Positions 36,101 to 50,108 of a stretch of DNA of 64,000 nucleotides are shown piece by piece. Under the pieces are notes generated by a model. It ran no database searches and had not been told where the DNA came from. It was given only the letters and a program-made list of their open reading frames with translations. This DNA comes from Phoronis australis (lineage: Eukaryota; Animalia; Phoronida): positions 269,923-333,922 of the forward strand of contig NMRA01000480.1 of the NCBI GenBank assembly GCA_002633005.1, read 5' to 3'. A program made the position numbers and the translations under genes. Numbering within the stretch: the first letter of the stretch is position 1; each line of letters begins with the position of its first letter.

Positions 36101-38753
36101 ATATTATATTTTTATCAATTTTTTAGATTTTGAAAAAGTTCTTCAATATAATTGGAAAAATAATGCATCCCACTCAATAACAATTAAATAATTATCAAAA
36201 TCGGGTTAAGCAGTGCAAATTTATCGCAATTTTGGTGACAAAATTTGGGTCATTTGTTTGGATCGCGTCGGTCATCTTGGACAACAGCGGCATAAGTTAC
36301 GAGTTTATAACCGTGTATAACCTATTTTCACCGATAATTTACGATGGAATGTAGTGAGAAAAATATATATACATGTACCTACTATTCTGAGCGATTCAAT
36401 AATTTTCACTAGATTTCAGCCACGCAGATGTTACTTATTAAGTTATAAATGTGCTCACAATTCCCGTAACAATTCCGGCGGACCAACAACATGGCGACTT
36501 ACGCTAAACTGAAGGGCATGCTCAATCGGCTATTTTGTACTTGGTGAAGATTTAACTTTGATACATTTTGATGAAAGCTGCTATAAAAGCAAATTTACAC
36601 AAAGTTTATGTTTTTGTGCAAAAAATATACCGAATACTGTAATTATTGTAATGTGAAATACCCATTCAGTTGACCATACCCTCAGCTTAAGAGTAGTTGA
36701 AAAAGTTTTGAAATCGTTTTTTCTTTGAAAGTCAGTTGTGCTTCAAGGTTTGATTATGTGCCACAACATAATTCATATTTTTCTAAATTTTACGTATGGA
36801 TCTTTCTTTTAATACATGCTTGTAAATCTTTGCTTTCTTAATTCAAGTTATCAACAGCAGAATGTAAAGGTTCTTAACCAGAGTAATAGGCCATGTTGGA
36901 TTGTGAAGTTTACATCCTCCAATCCTTTTTCCAGGCAAGTTCTTATTTTTTGAAATCATGCTTGTCGAATTCTAATGTAAGGAAACACGTGGTCGCCAAG
37001 GTAATAGTAAGGCATATCCACTTTCATATCATGTAAATTTGTCGTGTTATTGTATAACGTTTGTAATGCTTAAATATTCTAAGGTATTGTGAAGTCTAAT
37101 TTACTTATTTCGGTAAAAGATAAAATCATTTTGGCTTACTCATGAACTTTACTATACTGGGATTATTTCAGTTTTGACTTACATGTATGTACAGTAGATG
37201 TAACCTTCAACTACCTTGAAAGTCTTTCACTGTAGAAACCAAACATATAATTCCGACTGAAAGCACTTGATTTTAATTAGAACTGTGGATTAAATCATAA
37301 TCGTCCTCGGATTTGTTCCTGATTTCTATGACTCAGTGACCAAAGCATTATAGAATTAGCTTTCCATAATGAATGCCTGTAGTAATATGTTCACTGGCAC
37401 CTTCAGATAATATTTCTTGATGCCTCGGGTTTATTACTTTTTCAATAGATTAACACATAAATTTAAAAAAAACAAGTTCAGAAGACTTCCATTTCAAGTG
37501 TTCTTGAAATTCTGTCATTGAGATTGTGACCTCCATTCAAATTACAATTATATCTATTACTTAATTAAAAGGTGACATCCTTCTTACTCACTGCTGGAAA
37601 TGAAGAAAATGAAAACTGTAATATTTTGATTAGACTTTATTATCTGTGATACACTGGTGTTTACATCTCGTTAGTAAAAAAAACAATATAGCTATGCCAA
37701 AAAATGGAAGGCCTCTTCTCAGAATTAACTCGGTTGAAGTCGAATAAGATCATTACTGCTGGGCTTTTCTAATTAACCAAGATGTGCGGACAAGAACTGC
37801 TCTGTGCAACAGATTCACACAGTGCTATTATTTGTGTTGAAAAGCAGTTATTTTGGTGTGAAACTATGTTTTTAAAGTACAAACTCACTACGGTCTGTCA
37901 GTAGGCCCACAGCACGATGTGAGAGACATAATATTCACATAGGTCTGTCTGTATGTCACACAATGTCATTGCCATGGCATCTCAAAAAGGAATTTGCGGA
38001 TTTTATTCATATTTTGGACTGAGGTGTAGGCTAGGTGGGATATCTCCAAGCGCAAGTTGATATTGTTCTGAATAGGGATTCTTTCATGCTCTTAAATTCC
38101 CCTTGTATTTTTTACAAATATCAATATTTTAGTTTCGCGAAGCAGTTAGGCTAAATTTTTAAAGGCGAAGACAACCTTTTTCATGTCTTTATTAGCAAAA
38201 TAAGGTTCGTTGATTATCCCAGACATATTTTCCACTTTATTACAGCTTTTCGTAATTTGCTTACTTATTCGGAAGTGACGTTTTGGGAGGCAAGAATTTC
38301 GCGCCAATTTCTTTACAAATAGTCTGACTGTGAGAGCTGCCGAGTCAGTCATTGTTCTATCTCAGATGTGATAAGTTCGGTCGTCGTTTGCTTTTGTTTA
38401 CGAGTCAGTCAACATGCCACACTGATGCTGCGTACCGGGATGTACTAATTATCGTCTCACGGACAGAGGAATAACCGTCTCACTTGCCCGAGTGTCCAGC
38501 GACACACTGCCGCTGGATGGTGACCTGAGCACACAAACTGCTTACACCCTGCCGTGTGACTGCCTCGCCACACACCTGGCACCTTCTTAATAGCTCCAAT
38601 ACTTTAGACAAGTCCACAATAAACTTATATAAGTTTGGCTCACCGATCATTGAACAACGAACTGTCCTCTTCAGTGGGTTTCGAACGGAGCCTGTATTCA
38701 GTCCCTCTACTTAACATCGCAGCAGGGCTGCTTATAGGCTTTAGGTCATAATA

Positions 38754-40042
38754 ATTGTTTGATAAACTATTGCACAGCCATGTATATTGTTTGATAAACT
38801 ATTGCACAGCCTTGTATATTGTTCGATAAACTATTGCACAGCCATATATATTGTTTGATAAACTATTGCACAGCCTTGTATATTGTTTGATAAACTGTTG
38901 CACAGTCTTGTATATTGTATTGAGAAAATACGAAAAACGGCATTTTGGAAATGACAAAATTGATGTCGTCTCATCATATAAGTACCTGGGTATTTGCCTT
39001 ACACCTAAATTAGTCTGGACGCAAGCTACGGAAACTTTGTCTCGCCAGGCACACAAAGCAATTTTTTCAATTAAACGTTTTCATTCAAAATGTGGACGAC
39101 TTTCACCGAAAATTGCACTCGAGATTTTTGGGAAGGTATCCAATTTATGTAAAGCTGTTTGTTAAACTGATCAAGTATTGGTTTAAATTGTTAAAAATGC
39201 CAGCACATCGAAATCCAAAATCTGTCTATGACAAGCTTGTCACAGTGGATGAGGCTGGTAGGAAAAATTGGGCTTCACCTGTTAGGAATTTGCTGCAAAG
39301 GTATGGTTTTGGTTTGGTATGGTACAATCAGGGAGTTGGCTGCGAAGCATCGTTTCTTGTCCTTTTTGAGAAGACAATTAAAGATTGCATTTTACATGAC
39401 TGGAGCTTTACTGTGGAGAATAGCTCAAAACTTAATACATATTTCTCATTTAAAATTGATTTTGAAATGGAATGCTATCTGTTGCGGGATATTCCATATA
39501 TCTTTTTAGCAGCTATGGCTAAATTACGTTGCTCCAACCACAACTTGATGATAGAGAATGGTAGACATGCTCTCGTGGACCAAAAATACCGTGTGTGTTG
39601 TTTCTGTGTGTCCCTAATTGAAGATGAATACCATTTTATATGTGTTTGTAAAATGTACTGCTCTCTGAGAACTGCATTTATACCTGAGTTCCGCTGGCGT
39701 GAACCAAATAAACATAAATTTGTAAAACTAATGAAAATGTCGGAGCCCATTGCTCAGATTAATCTAATGAAATTTGTATTTCACGCCACTGCTCTCAGGG
39801 AAAAGCTGCTCAGCGTTATCCTGTAAATTTTATGTAACATGTGGGCCAAGGCCTTCAATGTTGAAATACATGCATTTGAATATTGTTTGATAAACTATTG
39901 CACAGCCATGTACAATGTTCGGTAAACTATTGCACAGCCATGTATATTGTTTGATAAAATATTGCACAGCCTTGTATATTGTTTGATAAACTATTGCACA
40001 GCCATGTATATTGTTCGATAAACTATTGCACAACCATGTATA
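38754..40042. repeat. 32-bp minisatellite split by a LINE (arrays 38754-38918 and 39880-40042)
   Basis: Unit TATTGTTTGATAAACTATTGCACAGCCATGTA, about 5 copies on each side, same orientation. Confidence 0.95.
38919..39879 (+). mobile_element. 5'-truncated, internally deleted non-LTR retrotransposon (RTE-X-like) 3' end
   Basis: VVSSYKYLGI..; IKYWFKLL; KLRCSNHNLMIENGRH..RVCCFC..IEDEYHFICVC (C-terminal zinc knuckle); stop at 39826; short 3' UTR with GGGCCAAGGCC; ATATTGT at both junctions. Confidence 0.85.
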
Positions 40043-41339
40043 TTTTCTCAGGCAAAGTTGTATTTTGCCTATTCTATGTATTTTTAAATAAATTTTAAAA
40101 TAAACTGTGTGATTAGATAAATTTCTTACCTTCTATATTATGAGTTTTTCATCTAAAATATTTGCAGTGTAAATACAACCAGCCTATTGGGATGCGTCTT
40201 TTTGACAAAATTCGTTCTCAACCAATGTAACTTACAGTATAGGACTTTTTTGATTGTGCTCTACATGAAAATCCGTGTCAAAGGGAAGGTCACAAGTAGT
40301 TCTAGTCAGTTGGACAGTTTCATGATGCCTTCTTAACCGAGGTAGCTCAACCAGCTAGTTCTCTATTGTGTTTGCAAGGAATGGAAGTAATTGAACCTTG
40401 CGCGTCAGTTAACAGATCTAATCGGGTTTGACTTGAATTTTCACCCAACACAACTGTGTTGGTTCATCTTCATAGTTGAAATCACAGGAACTCATTGCTC
40501 AGGTGTACGCCATAAATAAAAGGTTAGCTTATAGGCGTAAATAACGTCATATGAATCTCCGAAAAGACTCGAAAAAATGTCAGTTTATTGCCGCAAATGT
40601 TCGACTTAATTGCCAAATAATTCTGGCAAGATGGCTATCTATGTTTGGCAGATCCGGAACAAATTCTGTCGAAGTCTATTTGGTTTATTTTGAGAACTAC
40701 TATACGTTTGCAATTTAGGTTCTTTGTGGCAACACAAAATTCGATTTCTCGTGTACCTTTCTTTGGCAACGATGCATTTGAATGATCTCGAAGAAAGGCC
40801 CACCAGTATCGATTTTCGATTTACACCCGTAAGTCTGCTTTGACTCCTCGTGTGGAACGCTAACTTACGAGATTACACTCTCCTCAAATAATTTCGGAAT
40901 AAAAATAATTTCCAGAAACCAATGATTTTGTCAAGAATACACGTAATAACTGTTCACGCCGGCGAGGAGGTGTTTGAACACGGCACACACCACTCGTCTT
41001 TGACAATGACTAAGATGGTGGAGCTCGTTAGATTTTTAGGTCAATTTTTAACACTACATTTGGTCGTGACATATACTGGTGACGTTAATGTGTTTGCAAG
41101 ACGTGTTTAAAAGTATTCCTCAGCCATTACCACAGGTTCATTTCTCCTATAGTACATGTTAATGCCCTCGGCTCCGCCTCGGTCATTCTCATAATATCAC
41201 ATTGACCTTGGGAAAGTCAGAAACTACTGCTTTTTTATTAAAAGTTGGAAAAGTCTGGTAATGCTACAGATTGTATTTTCTGTACACTTGCAGTAAGACA
41301 GGCTTGCCAGTTGTTTCCAGTTTTGTTAACGTTATTTGT

Positions 41340-41870
41340 CAATATAGGTAAAATACATATGATAAAGGATCTAGTGTCTATTATCACGGTTGGCATGTTA
41401 AAATTTTAGTTTTTGTCGTTTGCTGATGACTTGATATTATTTTCTGAATCATCTAACAACCTACTAAAATATAAATAATTTAGCAGAAAAATGGTATCTT
41501 GAGGGTAATCCTACTGAAGTCACATCAGAACATAGGTACCTTGGTATTAAATTTACACCGAAAGAGATACGGACAAGTGCTCAAAAATTCAAGCAGAACA
41601 AGCATAGAAAAGAATATTTTCTCTAAAATCGTATGTCAAAATTTGTTGACACACCAGCTGAGATGTGCCTCAAATTAGCACACTCTAAGATAGCACCTAT
41701 AGTTATCAATATAGCAGAAATATGGGGGAACTACATGGGTGACGATATCGGAGTTATGCATAAACATTTTAGTCAATCTTTGTTTAATTTAGGAAGAACG
41801 GCACTCAACCTTGCAGCCAGCGATGAATTGGAAAGATCGACTATTAGGGGTTGTGCATTATTAAAATGAC
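41340..41870 (+). mobile_element. Degraded LINE RT fragment (RTE-X-like)
   Basis: LSFADDLILFSES (RT catalytic motif), YLGIKFTP and AEIWG, with frameshifts. Confidence 0.7.
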
Positions 41871-42184
41871 ATGTTGGTGTAAAAGGTTCTTGAAGTAGAA
41901 AAACGTGCATTTTTAATGAAATTTAGTTCATGATTGAAGCCTACATGAATGTCAGAAATCAAATCTTTGTCATTCTTTCGCATTTTTTTCCATTGTTATT
42001 TCCTATTGGCTAACTCGCGTCTGACGTCACTGAGGCTGCACGTGGGTGATGGCAATGAGATGAATTAAGCCTATTATAAATAGTTCATTGGGTGAAGGCC
42101 TCTCGGCTACAGAATTATACTTTATGTATATAACTCGTCTGCGATCTCGGCTTACAAATTTCATAATATAAGTTTACTGTTGTG

Positions 42185-44423
42185 TCGTGTTGACTATTAG
42201 CAGGAAGAGATAACCAGGAAGGGACAACTAGCTAAACCGCCGTTTTTGGCCTCCTTCCCCGGACTAATTTCAGGACTTAAGTTTCGTTTAAAAAGAAACA
42301 GATGATTTCATCAGAGAGATTAAAGCTTTTTCTATAGAAGGATATCAAAAAACTCACTTTGCAACCTTAAACAGTGGTGTAATTGTACTTTGAAAATATC
42401 GACTTCAGCGCACGCAATCGCACCTTCCCACACGCAGTCACGGGTATTTAAGCTTTTCCGTCGATGTATAGATGGCGCAGTAGTCAAGTACTCCCTCATT
42501 TGCATATCAAATTTGCATGTGGGAGTTCTGAGAGTCTCGCAAGTTTAGTTGCTGTCGAGCGCTTGAGTGGATAAAGCGGTGACCTCCCGCTGAGATCACG
42601 CACTGATGAAGATACCACAGCTAACTCGATCGCTTCGCAATCAGGAGGTGAAAACACTCCCATGACCGTAGTTCTAAATTCCAGCTAAGCAAGCCCTATT
42701 TCAAGGGGCGGACTTTGAATAGTTTTCATTCCCTTACAGTGGGTTGCAGAGAAGTTTAGAACTAGGTCAACATCGAACTTTCTGAGGCTAGCTATCGTGT
42801 TGACAAAAGTTTGAAGTGTCAGAACCATAGACTGAGCGCGCGAGAGGTCTATGATTCCTGTTCTAATCCAGTTGACGAAAAAANNNNNNNNNNNNNNNNN
42901 NNNNNNNNNNNNNNNNNNNNNNNNNNNNNNNNNNNNNNNNNNNNNNNNNNNNNNNNNNNNNNNNNNNNNNNNNNNNNNNNNNNNNNNNNNNNNNNNNNNN
43001 NNNNNNNNNNNNNNNNNNNNNNNNNNNNNNNNNNNNNNNNNNNNNNNNNNNNNNNNNNNNNNNNNNNNNNNNNNNNNNNNNNNNNNNNNNNNNNNNNNNN
43101 NNNNNNNNNNNNNNNNNNNNNNNNNNNNNNNNNNNNNNNNNNNNNNNNNNNNNNNNNNNNNNNNNNNNNNNNNNNNNNNNNNNNNNNNNNNNNNNNNNNN
43201 NNNNNNNNNNNNNNNNNNNNNNNNNNNNNNNNNNNNNNNNNNNNNNNNNNNNNNNNNNNNNNNNNNNNNNNNNNNNNNNNNNNNNNNNNNNNNNNNNNNN
43301 NNNNNNNNNNNNNNNNNNNNNNNNNNNNNNNNNNNNNNNNNNNNNNNNNNNNNNNNNNNNNNNNNNNNNNNNNNNNNNNNNNNNNNNNNNNNNNNNNNNN
43401 NNNNNNNNNNNNNNNNNNNNNNNNNNNNNNNNNNNNNNNNNNNNNNNNNNNNNNNNNNNNNNNNNNNNNNNNNNNNNNNNNNNNNNNNNNNNNNNNNNNN
43501 NNNNNNNNNNNNNNNNNNNNNNNNNNNNNNNNNNNNNNNNNNNNNNNNNNNNNNNNNNNNNNNNNNNNNNNNNNNNNNNNNNNNNNNNNNNNNNNNNNNN
43601 NNNNNNNNNNAATCTTCAGGGAATGACCCTATTAAAATGAACTTTTCCCGAAACCGTTGGGGATCAAAAAACGATCTTTGGAGCCAGAACACGGGCATAG
43701 GTTCGAGCTAAGCCGCACGTCCAAAATGAATCGTAGCGGAGCTGACCAGCGACTAGCATTAGTTCATCGAATTGCACGTGCATGGATCAGACTTCCCGGG
43801 GACCGCCACGACACCGGCCACCGTGGCTTAGGGTTAACGCTACTGAATTTCTGCTTTTAAATCTGGATTTAAGCAAAATGACAAAGTCCACGCATACACA
43901 CACGCAAGTGTATCCAAATACAATTAAATGTATTTTCATGTGAAACCATACTCAATGTTCTTTGAACATTGACTTGGGTGAGTTCTTAGTTTTCTTTGAA
44001 TCATACTCGATCAAGTAGACTACTGCGTTTCAAGTCATACACCATAGGCACCTGACGTTTCAAATTGGAAGCTCGCGCCGTATGACGTCGTATGACGTAG
44101 GCGATGCGAGCCTCATTTGCTTATGTTAGTGACATCTGTTGGTTCAAAAAGAGGCTCATGCCCGAGTACATGCCTGGGAAGAAGCATCTTTTGGAAGGGT
44201 AAACATGTCACGTTCAAAGCATCCCAGTGCCAGTAATATGCAGTCTTTGAGGACCAGAGTGGTGTCATTTTATAGCTATAAAGAGTTTATAATCTTTCAA
44301 AAATAATGCTTGGATTCCAGATAACTTGAACATTTACTTTTGAAATCACGTTTGAAATCACGTTAAAATGCGCTAAAACAGTTGTCCCTTCCTGGATATC
44401 TCTTCCTGCTATTAGTGACACGA
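42185..44423. mobile_element. Unclassified ~2.2-kb TIR-bounded element spanning an assembly gap
   Basis: ~45-bp inverted ends TCGTGTTGACTATTAGCAGGAAGAGATAACCAGGAAGGGACAACT / AGTTGTCCCTTCCTGGATATCTCTTCCTGCTATTAGTGACACGA; no clear TSD and no recognisable ORF. Confidence 0.7.
42884..43610. other. Assembly gap (N run)
   Basis: Seen directly. Confidence 1.
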
Positions 44424-45451
44424 TGCCGTTCTGCATTAGCTCAAGGCACGGGCCCTGGCCGCGTAGTTTTGCCTTGCGTAGTCTTGCCTTGGTGCAAACG
44501 GATGTGTACTAAATATACAGACGTTGCGCCGATGTGAGTAAAAACTGATAAAAGAAAATCTGTCACAAAATTAGTGTCATTATAATACAGTCTTCTTTGA
44601 GTGAACTAAATTATTTACCGATGTTTAAAAATTGCGTTCTACCGTTCACTCTGCTGCTTAGTGTGGTGCGCCGGGATGCCCCAACGTCACAGGGAAGAAA
44701 AACAAAAAGCACGGCCAAAGACCTATATCTCTTTATGTTGTGCAGCTTCAGTGACGTCACTACAACGGTGCTCGCAGTGGGGTTTTACAGAACTAATGAA
44801 TTTTTGTTTTTCAAAGTAAAACAGAAGTATACTGTGAGAAGATGTGAATGTCAGAAACCAATCTGTAGATTTTCACAGTTTATATTAAAATACTGAAACA
44901 TTTAATTCAGGTCTCTTTTAAGCTCTTGAAAAGCTTGGAAAATAGGCATGTTAAAGTGTGATATTCTTATCAACACGAGCATTCTGAATTAGATAAAAAA
45001 GTTGAGCACTTGATTTAAAATAGTTTATTTTCATATGGTTTGTGAATTGTTAGGTGCTTCCAAGGTGCTTTTGCATTTTAAACGTTTTAAACAGCGCTGC
45101 AATGACATTGAACACCTGATGCAACAAGAAAGGGCATCTTATTAATTAAGCAAATTAGATGTATTTATAGTACTCAATCCGACTCTCATGCTAGAGCCTA
45201 AAATGCGCGATTTTGATGTGCTAATCAGTTTTTGGTTGAGGTGGAGCGATGATTTTGGTGTGACATGAGAGTTATTGAGAGCGAAGGCCACTTCTTGTTA
45301 GTATGCTCTCTGTATGGGGACCTTCGACTGAAATTTTGCGTTCCAATAGGAATGATTAGTGATAACGGGTCAAGACAATTTGGACGCAGAAATAAGACCC
45401 GACATGCTGTCACACTGGGTCCAAAACGTCATAATGGCGTCAAAATGACGT

Positions 45452-45712
45452 AGTTGCGCCTTTTCGTAGTGCATCTTGTTACTGTCGATGACTTTTGTTT
45501 TTGTCCCGCATTCATACAGTTTTAATAACACACCGGTTAAATGGGCTGGATAAGTGTTTATTGTACATGCATGTGCTTCAAGCCCTGCGGCTATTAAACA
45601 TTACTGCAGAAACAAAATAGTTGCTGCTACACCACTTGCATGAAAAGGCTAAAAATCGTTCATGTTCCTGCGTGATACCTGCGTGCTGGCTAGGCACGTA
45701 GGAAACCAGCGA
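45452..45712 (+). repeat. Dispersed repeat, homologous to 50131-50470
   Basis: Shared CTATTAAACATTACTGCAGAAAC..GTTGCTGCTACACCACTTGCATG..GATACCTGCGTGCTGGCTAGGCACGTAGG; the second copy has about 80 extra bp. Confidence 0.85.
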
Positions 45713-45767
45713 GTGACACGTTGATGAAGGGGTCACGTGCAGGAGTTGGTATTCCGTATCTAGATCT

Positions 45768-45807
45768 CTATGACTTAAAAGCAGAAAACAGTCTTGCCAT
45801 TAATGAC
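45768..45807 (-). CDS. Putative last coding exon (cytoplasmic tail) of TSR membrane protein
   Basis: Strong acceptor TTTTTGTTTTCAG; a phase-2 join with the TM exon gives K-SLMARLFSAFKS*. Short, so a chance match is possible. Confidence 0.45.
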
Positions 45808-47286
45808 CTGAAAACAAAAACGAATGGAAGGGCTTTTCTGGGAGTTGTGTTCCAAATCATTTTGTGGCCGTGACTTGGGAAATGTGAGCAAAAATGCCTT
45901 GTTTGGGGAATGGAGATTTATTGAGAATGGGATTGAAGCGAATTTGACACCGTGAATTGCAAAAAAAGGCCAACAATTCTGTTCACCCTCTCAAAACAGA
46001 ACAATGTTTTGGAGATTACCCTAACCTAACACTTTATCAGGGGAAACATAGTTTTGAAACCCACGTTTTTGATATTTAATTAAATTTTGATAAAAAAAAT
46101 ACTCTGACTCACATAAAAAAGCAAAATGTCGAGACCCACCCAGGCATTCATAGACTGGGTGTAAATAAATGTTTGATGCTCCTTGTAATAGATTTAGTGT
46201 TTTCAAAAACAAATGAATAACTATGGTGGACAGACGGCGAGTAAAATACCAACCGATAATTATAACATCCACTCGGTGGAACAAAACTTGGCTTAACATG
46301 TAAATGAACTGGATGATTGAAACCAACAAATGTAATCTTAATTTTACGTGTTTGTTGTTTGTTTTACAGGGTGTTCAGGAGTTAGAATATCGCTTAAATT
46401 GGCTCTTTTTACTTTTTACGCCAGATTCGTTCATTTTTATCCTTTTTACCATACGTGTTAACTGTTGATTACCACCGAAGAATTTGGAAATGGAGATTTT
46501 CTCTTCAGTCCACTATGGCTTGGAACAAGTTTCAACTTAAAATTTACTCCTTAATACTAGCTTGTGATAGACCTTAGAGAACTGCATTCGGAACCTCACA
46601 TATCAGAGTTGGCCAAATGGACCCAAATTCACATAAAACTTTTAGTTTTTCTAGGATATTTTTCTAAAATTTTCAGTTTTGCCATGAGGGATCATCAAAA
46701 TTAAGGACCAAGGATTTTTTTGAAGAAATAAAAAGTTAAGCATAACGGAAACGAAAAGATAAATAAAAACATTTTATCATTATAATCCTCGAGATTTCGT
46801 CTGAGTTATTTACATCAAATGAAGTTTGGTCAAGCTATCGATATTTTTGTGCTACGAATGAAGCTTTATATTCAAGAATTTTTAGAAAAAACACAGTCAC
46901 TTGACTCAACTAATGCCTAATTGTCGAAAAGTTACTTTCACAAAACATGTACTGTATTGATTGATATATGGTTTGGTGTTTGTACGTATGTTGATATTTG
47001 TCTACAGCCGAAGACTTGTCGATAAGGTCTTGCAATACCTTAACTTTTGCTCAGTTGATCGACCAAGCAGCGGCCGAAAGACCTCGGACAACAGGGCCTA
47101 CTTCAGTTGTGAGACAGTGAGAAGGTATTTTGGGAGGAGAAAGCCCGTATCTCTGGGCTGAGCAATATATTTTGCAAAAGAAGCCCACAAAATTTGGGTG
47201 AAATTGCCAAAAAAGGTTTACAAATTCTTTTTAGACTCATTTTAAAATTCCCAATGACCAAGGTACCTTCAGGTTCTCGTACTTAC

Positions 47287-47440
47287 TTGTAAGACATATA
47301 ACCCAAGTTACAGTTGAGGCACACGTATCGCCTACACAAGACCAATAATGTCACAAGGAAAATCAAAAACACTGCCGTCGCCAAAACAATTGGTATTGTT
47401 ACGCGTTTGAAGTGGACAAGGTGGTGTTGTTCCTTGGTAC
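47287..47440 (-). CDS. Transmembrane exon of TSR membrane protein
   Basis: TTGCAG acceptor, GTAAGT donor, phase 1 in (matches the giant exon); encodes STKEQHHLVHFKR-VTIPIVLATAVFLIFLVTLLVLC-RRYVCLNCNLGYMSY, a 23-residue hydrophobic helix followed by RR. Confidence 0.8.
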
Positions 47441-48599
47441 CTGCAACGTCACAACATGAATCACTAGCTGTGGACTAGGAGAACAGGTCATTAAAGTCAT
47501 TATCTCTAAGTGCAATCTAATTCAAAAACTTAAAAATATATACCAAATTAAGTAATATGTCACAATAATGTTCACATCCTTCCTGTTACCAAACTAAAAG
47601 CCTGTTTGAGCACAACTTTGTACACCGGCCGAGATCGGAAAATCGTCGACTATTCCAGTCTATTTCCGTGACCTAAGTTCCTATGCAACAGTCCAGGAAT
47701 GATTCCTGAATCACGACCATGTTGTCCTTGAAACTTATTGACATCACCGTGGGCGCAAATGCGTTGTTACTTTGTTTCCTTGTTTTTGATTCTCATTCTT
47801 TTTATACAAACTTGTTTATTTATTGTCCAAATTTTACCTGTTCTTTGCATATGACGAATGGTATTTAATGCATAATCTTAAATTTGTGAAGTACGTCGCA
47901 TCTCCCGCAGCCAACGCTCGGCTTCTGAAGTCAGCCCAGACTCATCGTGATGTTACGTCAAATTTCAGCAAAAGTACCCATTTAGGTAATAAATTAGAGA
48001 AAAAACTTTCTAGACCAGCAAATGCATTATGTTTATCGCCATATCCCGAACTGATGCAAAGTACCTGCCTCGAGTGAGTAATTGCCGTGTGACTACCCGG
48101 CTGTGTGAGCCGATCGCAGTACGTAATTAGCAGCAAATAGGCACCGGCTTTACTGGCCGTTAAAATGTAAAATAAAAAAAAAACATCCACACACGGTGAT
48201 GTTTCAACAACCAAAAACAAGTTTTATCTCAAAACAATGAGCTCCAATATATTGCAATAACACGAAGCCGTGCTGTCCGCACACAGTAACCGGCGACGTA
48301 ATTCCCCTGCAGTTGCCGTGACTCTTCGCCGGGTTAATAATTAGCTGATAAATTGCCTTTGGTTTTCAAGTATTAGGGGAAATGTATTTTTAAACTTAAT
48401 AAAAAACGTACAATACATGTATATACCTCTGTTGTCTAAATATAAGAATTCCGTGCCCATACGAGGGTGGGTGAGGGTGTTTAGTGAATTTTAACCAATG
48501 AGCTGAATGTTGGCTATGGGAAAATAATGCAGTGTTAGGTTCACGACACAGTATTTTTTAATGTCTTTGTCAGGGGAATTTCACTTATTCAAGGCCCGA

Positions 48600-49319
48600 G
48601 TAGCTAATTAATGAGTTCATCTTGCGGAGCACAGGCCGCTGCTGGGCGTCATGATCAGCTCGCCCCAGCGCTAGGGCATCCTTACAAGCAATATCCCACG
48701 TCAGGGCATCCCCCTTTGACAACAAACGTGCTTGAATTTTTGGAACTCTCAATCCACTAATGAAAGTGTCCCGCAGGCTGCTTGCCAGCCTAGGCAAAAT
48801 TTTAAGTGCAAAGATATAGTCAGTGATTAACTCATTACTAGCCTGCTTCCTGTTGCGAAATTCAACACGGTAAGCAACTGAGTCTTGGTAGGTTCATAGT
48901 ATTTGTCCAGCACGCTGACAAGGTAATCGTATGATTGTTCGGTTGGCTCGTTTGGTGCTCAGTTATTATAAAGGATCTCAAATACTGGGCCGCCGATTAG
49001 TGTAAGAAAGTCATTTACTTTGTCGTCGTCCGCGATTGTGTTCGCTTTCAACCAAACGTTCAAACGTCTTTTATAAAACGACCACTTGACTTGGGTCAAA
49101 CCCGGACAGATTACCCAAATATCCGGTCGAGTGACATCCAGAAGCCATCGTGGTGAGTACCGCGAAATGAGTTCAGACTCGTCGCCAATTTGTGATGCAT
49201 TTATATACACGGTGGCCAGGATCATTTCCGGCATTAGATAAAAAAGCAACAAGAGACTTCGTCCATGAACGGAAACGGAACTTTTTTATTCTATAATAGG
49301 TGGCGCTACATACTATACA
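48600..49319 (-). mobile_element. 5' remnant of a Gypsy element (Mag/CsRn1-like): short LTR, PBS, gag
   Basis: LTR end CATCACA (49191) followed by AATTGGCGACGAG PBS; gag WSFYKRRL..W..AN..FLTLIG..EFRNRKQ..LRDTFISGLR..IQARLL; LTR start (~49319) uncertain. Confidence 0.75.
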
Positions 49320-49954
49320 CGTTTACACCCAGTAAAACACGCTGAGCCTGGCCCGCCATAGTCGGCCTTCTTATTCAATGGTTGGCATAGGACTGGCTGG
49401 TTCATAATTTCATGGAAGCGTCTGAAACTATCTTTGTTTGTATACGCATTTATTATTTGAACCATTTACTCAAATAAAACAGTCGGGGACGACATGCCTT
49501 CGTCTTTGGCCAATGCAGTGGTCTCGATCGGTCCGCACCGTTTCATCGGCTGCAGGTCCGAGTTCAGCAAATTAACTTCTGTCAAAATTTATTTCGCCAT
49601 ATTTTGTCAACAGTTTTAGTGCAAATTGTCCCTATTTTAATTTTATTAAAGTTAAGGTCCGCTGTCGATTATTTTATCCCCGTTTGTTGGCTGGTAACAG
49701 ACAATGCTCCAGTCGCACAGCCGGCGTTCTTAAGTCTGGGTTCCTGACTCGCTGGTTCCCTGCGTGCCGCTAGGTGGTCGATAGCCAGCAGGTATCACTA
49801 ATCCTCGGGAAAATTTTTATATCGGCGTTTCTGATTGGCTGGTCAAATTCTCGACAGGCAGCGCTTACGCAAACAAAGTGACTGATGGAGCAAGTGTAAA
49901 TGTGATTTGTTGTACAGACAAATCGGTGCATAAAACTTATGTTCAGGAAATCTG

Positions 49955-50108
49955 CAGTGGCGGATTTAGAGGGGGGCAAGGGGTCCATGCCCCCTAAAAT
50001 TTTCCCAGATTCCATTTGGCACTTCGGAGGTGCAAATGTCTGACGGGCAAAATCCTGGCTGATAGTCTGTCCTGTCCTCCCCAACTCAAAATCTTGGACC
50101 AGCCTCTG
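49955..50108. mobile_element. 154-bp hAT-like MITE with 5-bp TSD
   Basis: CAGTGGCGGATTTAGA ... TCTTGGACCAGCCTCTG flanked by ATCTG (49950-49954, 50109-50113). Confidence 0.8.

Noticed and set aside
38353-38753. Possible solo LTR
   Set aside because: It has a TG start and an AATAAA, but no clean CA end or TSD.
42685-43711. Long ORFs of 270-340 aa (also 58388-59099)
   Set aside because: Artefacts of N runs.
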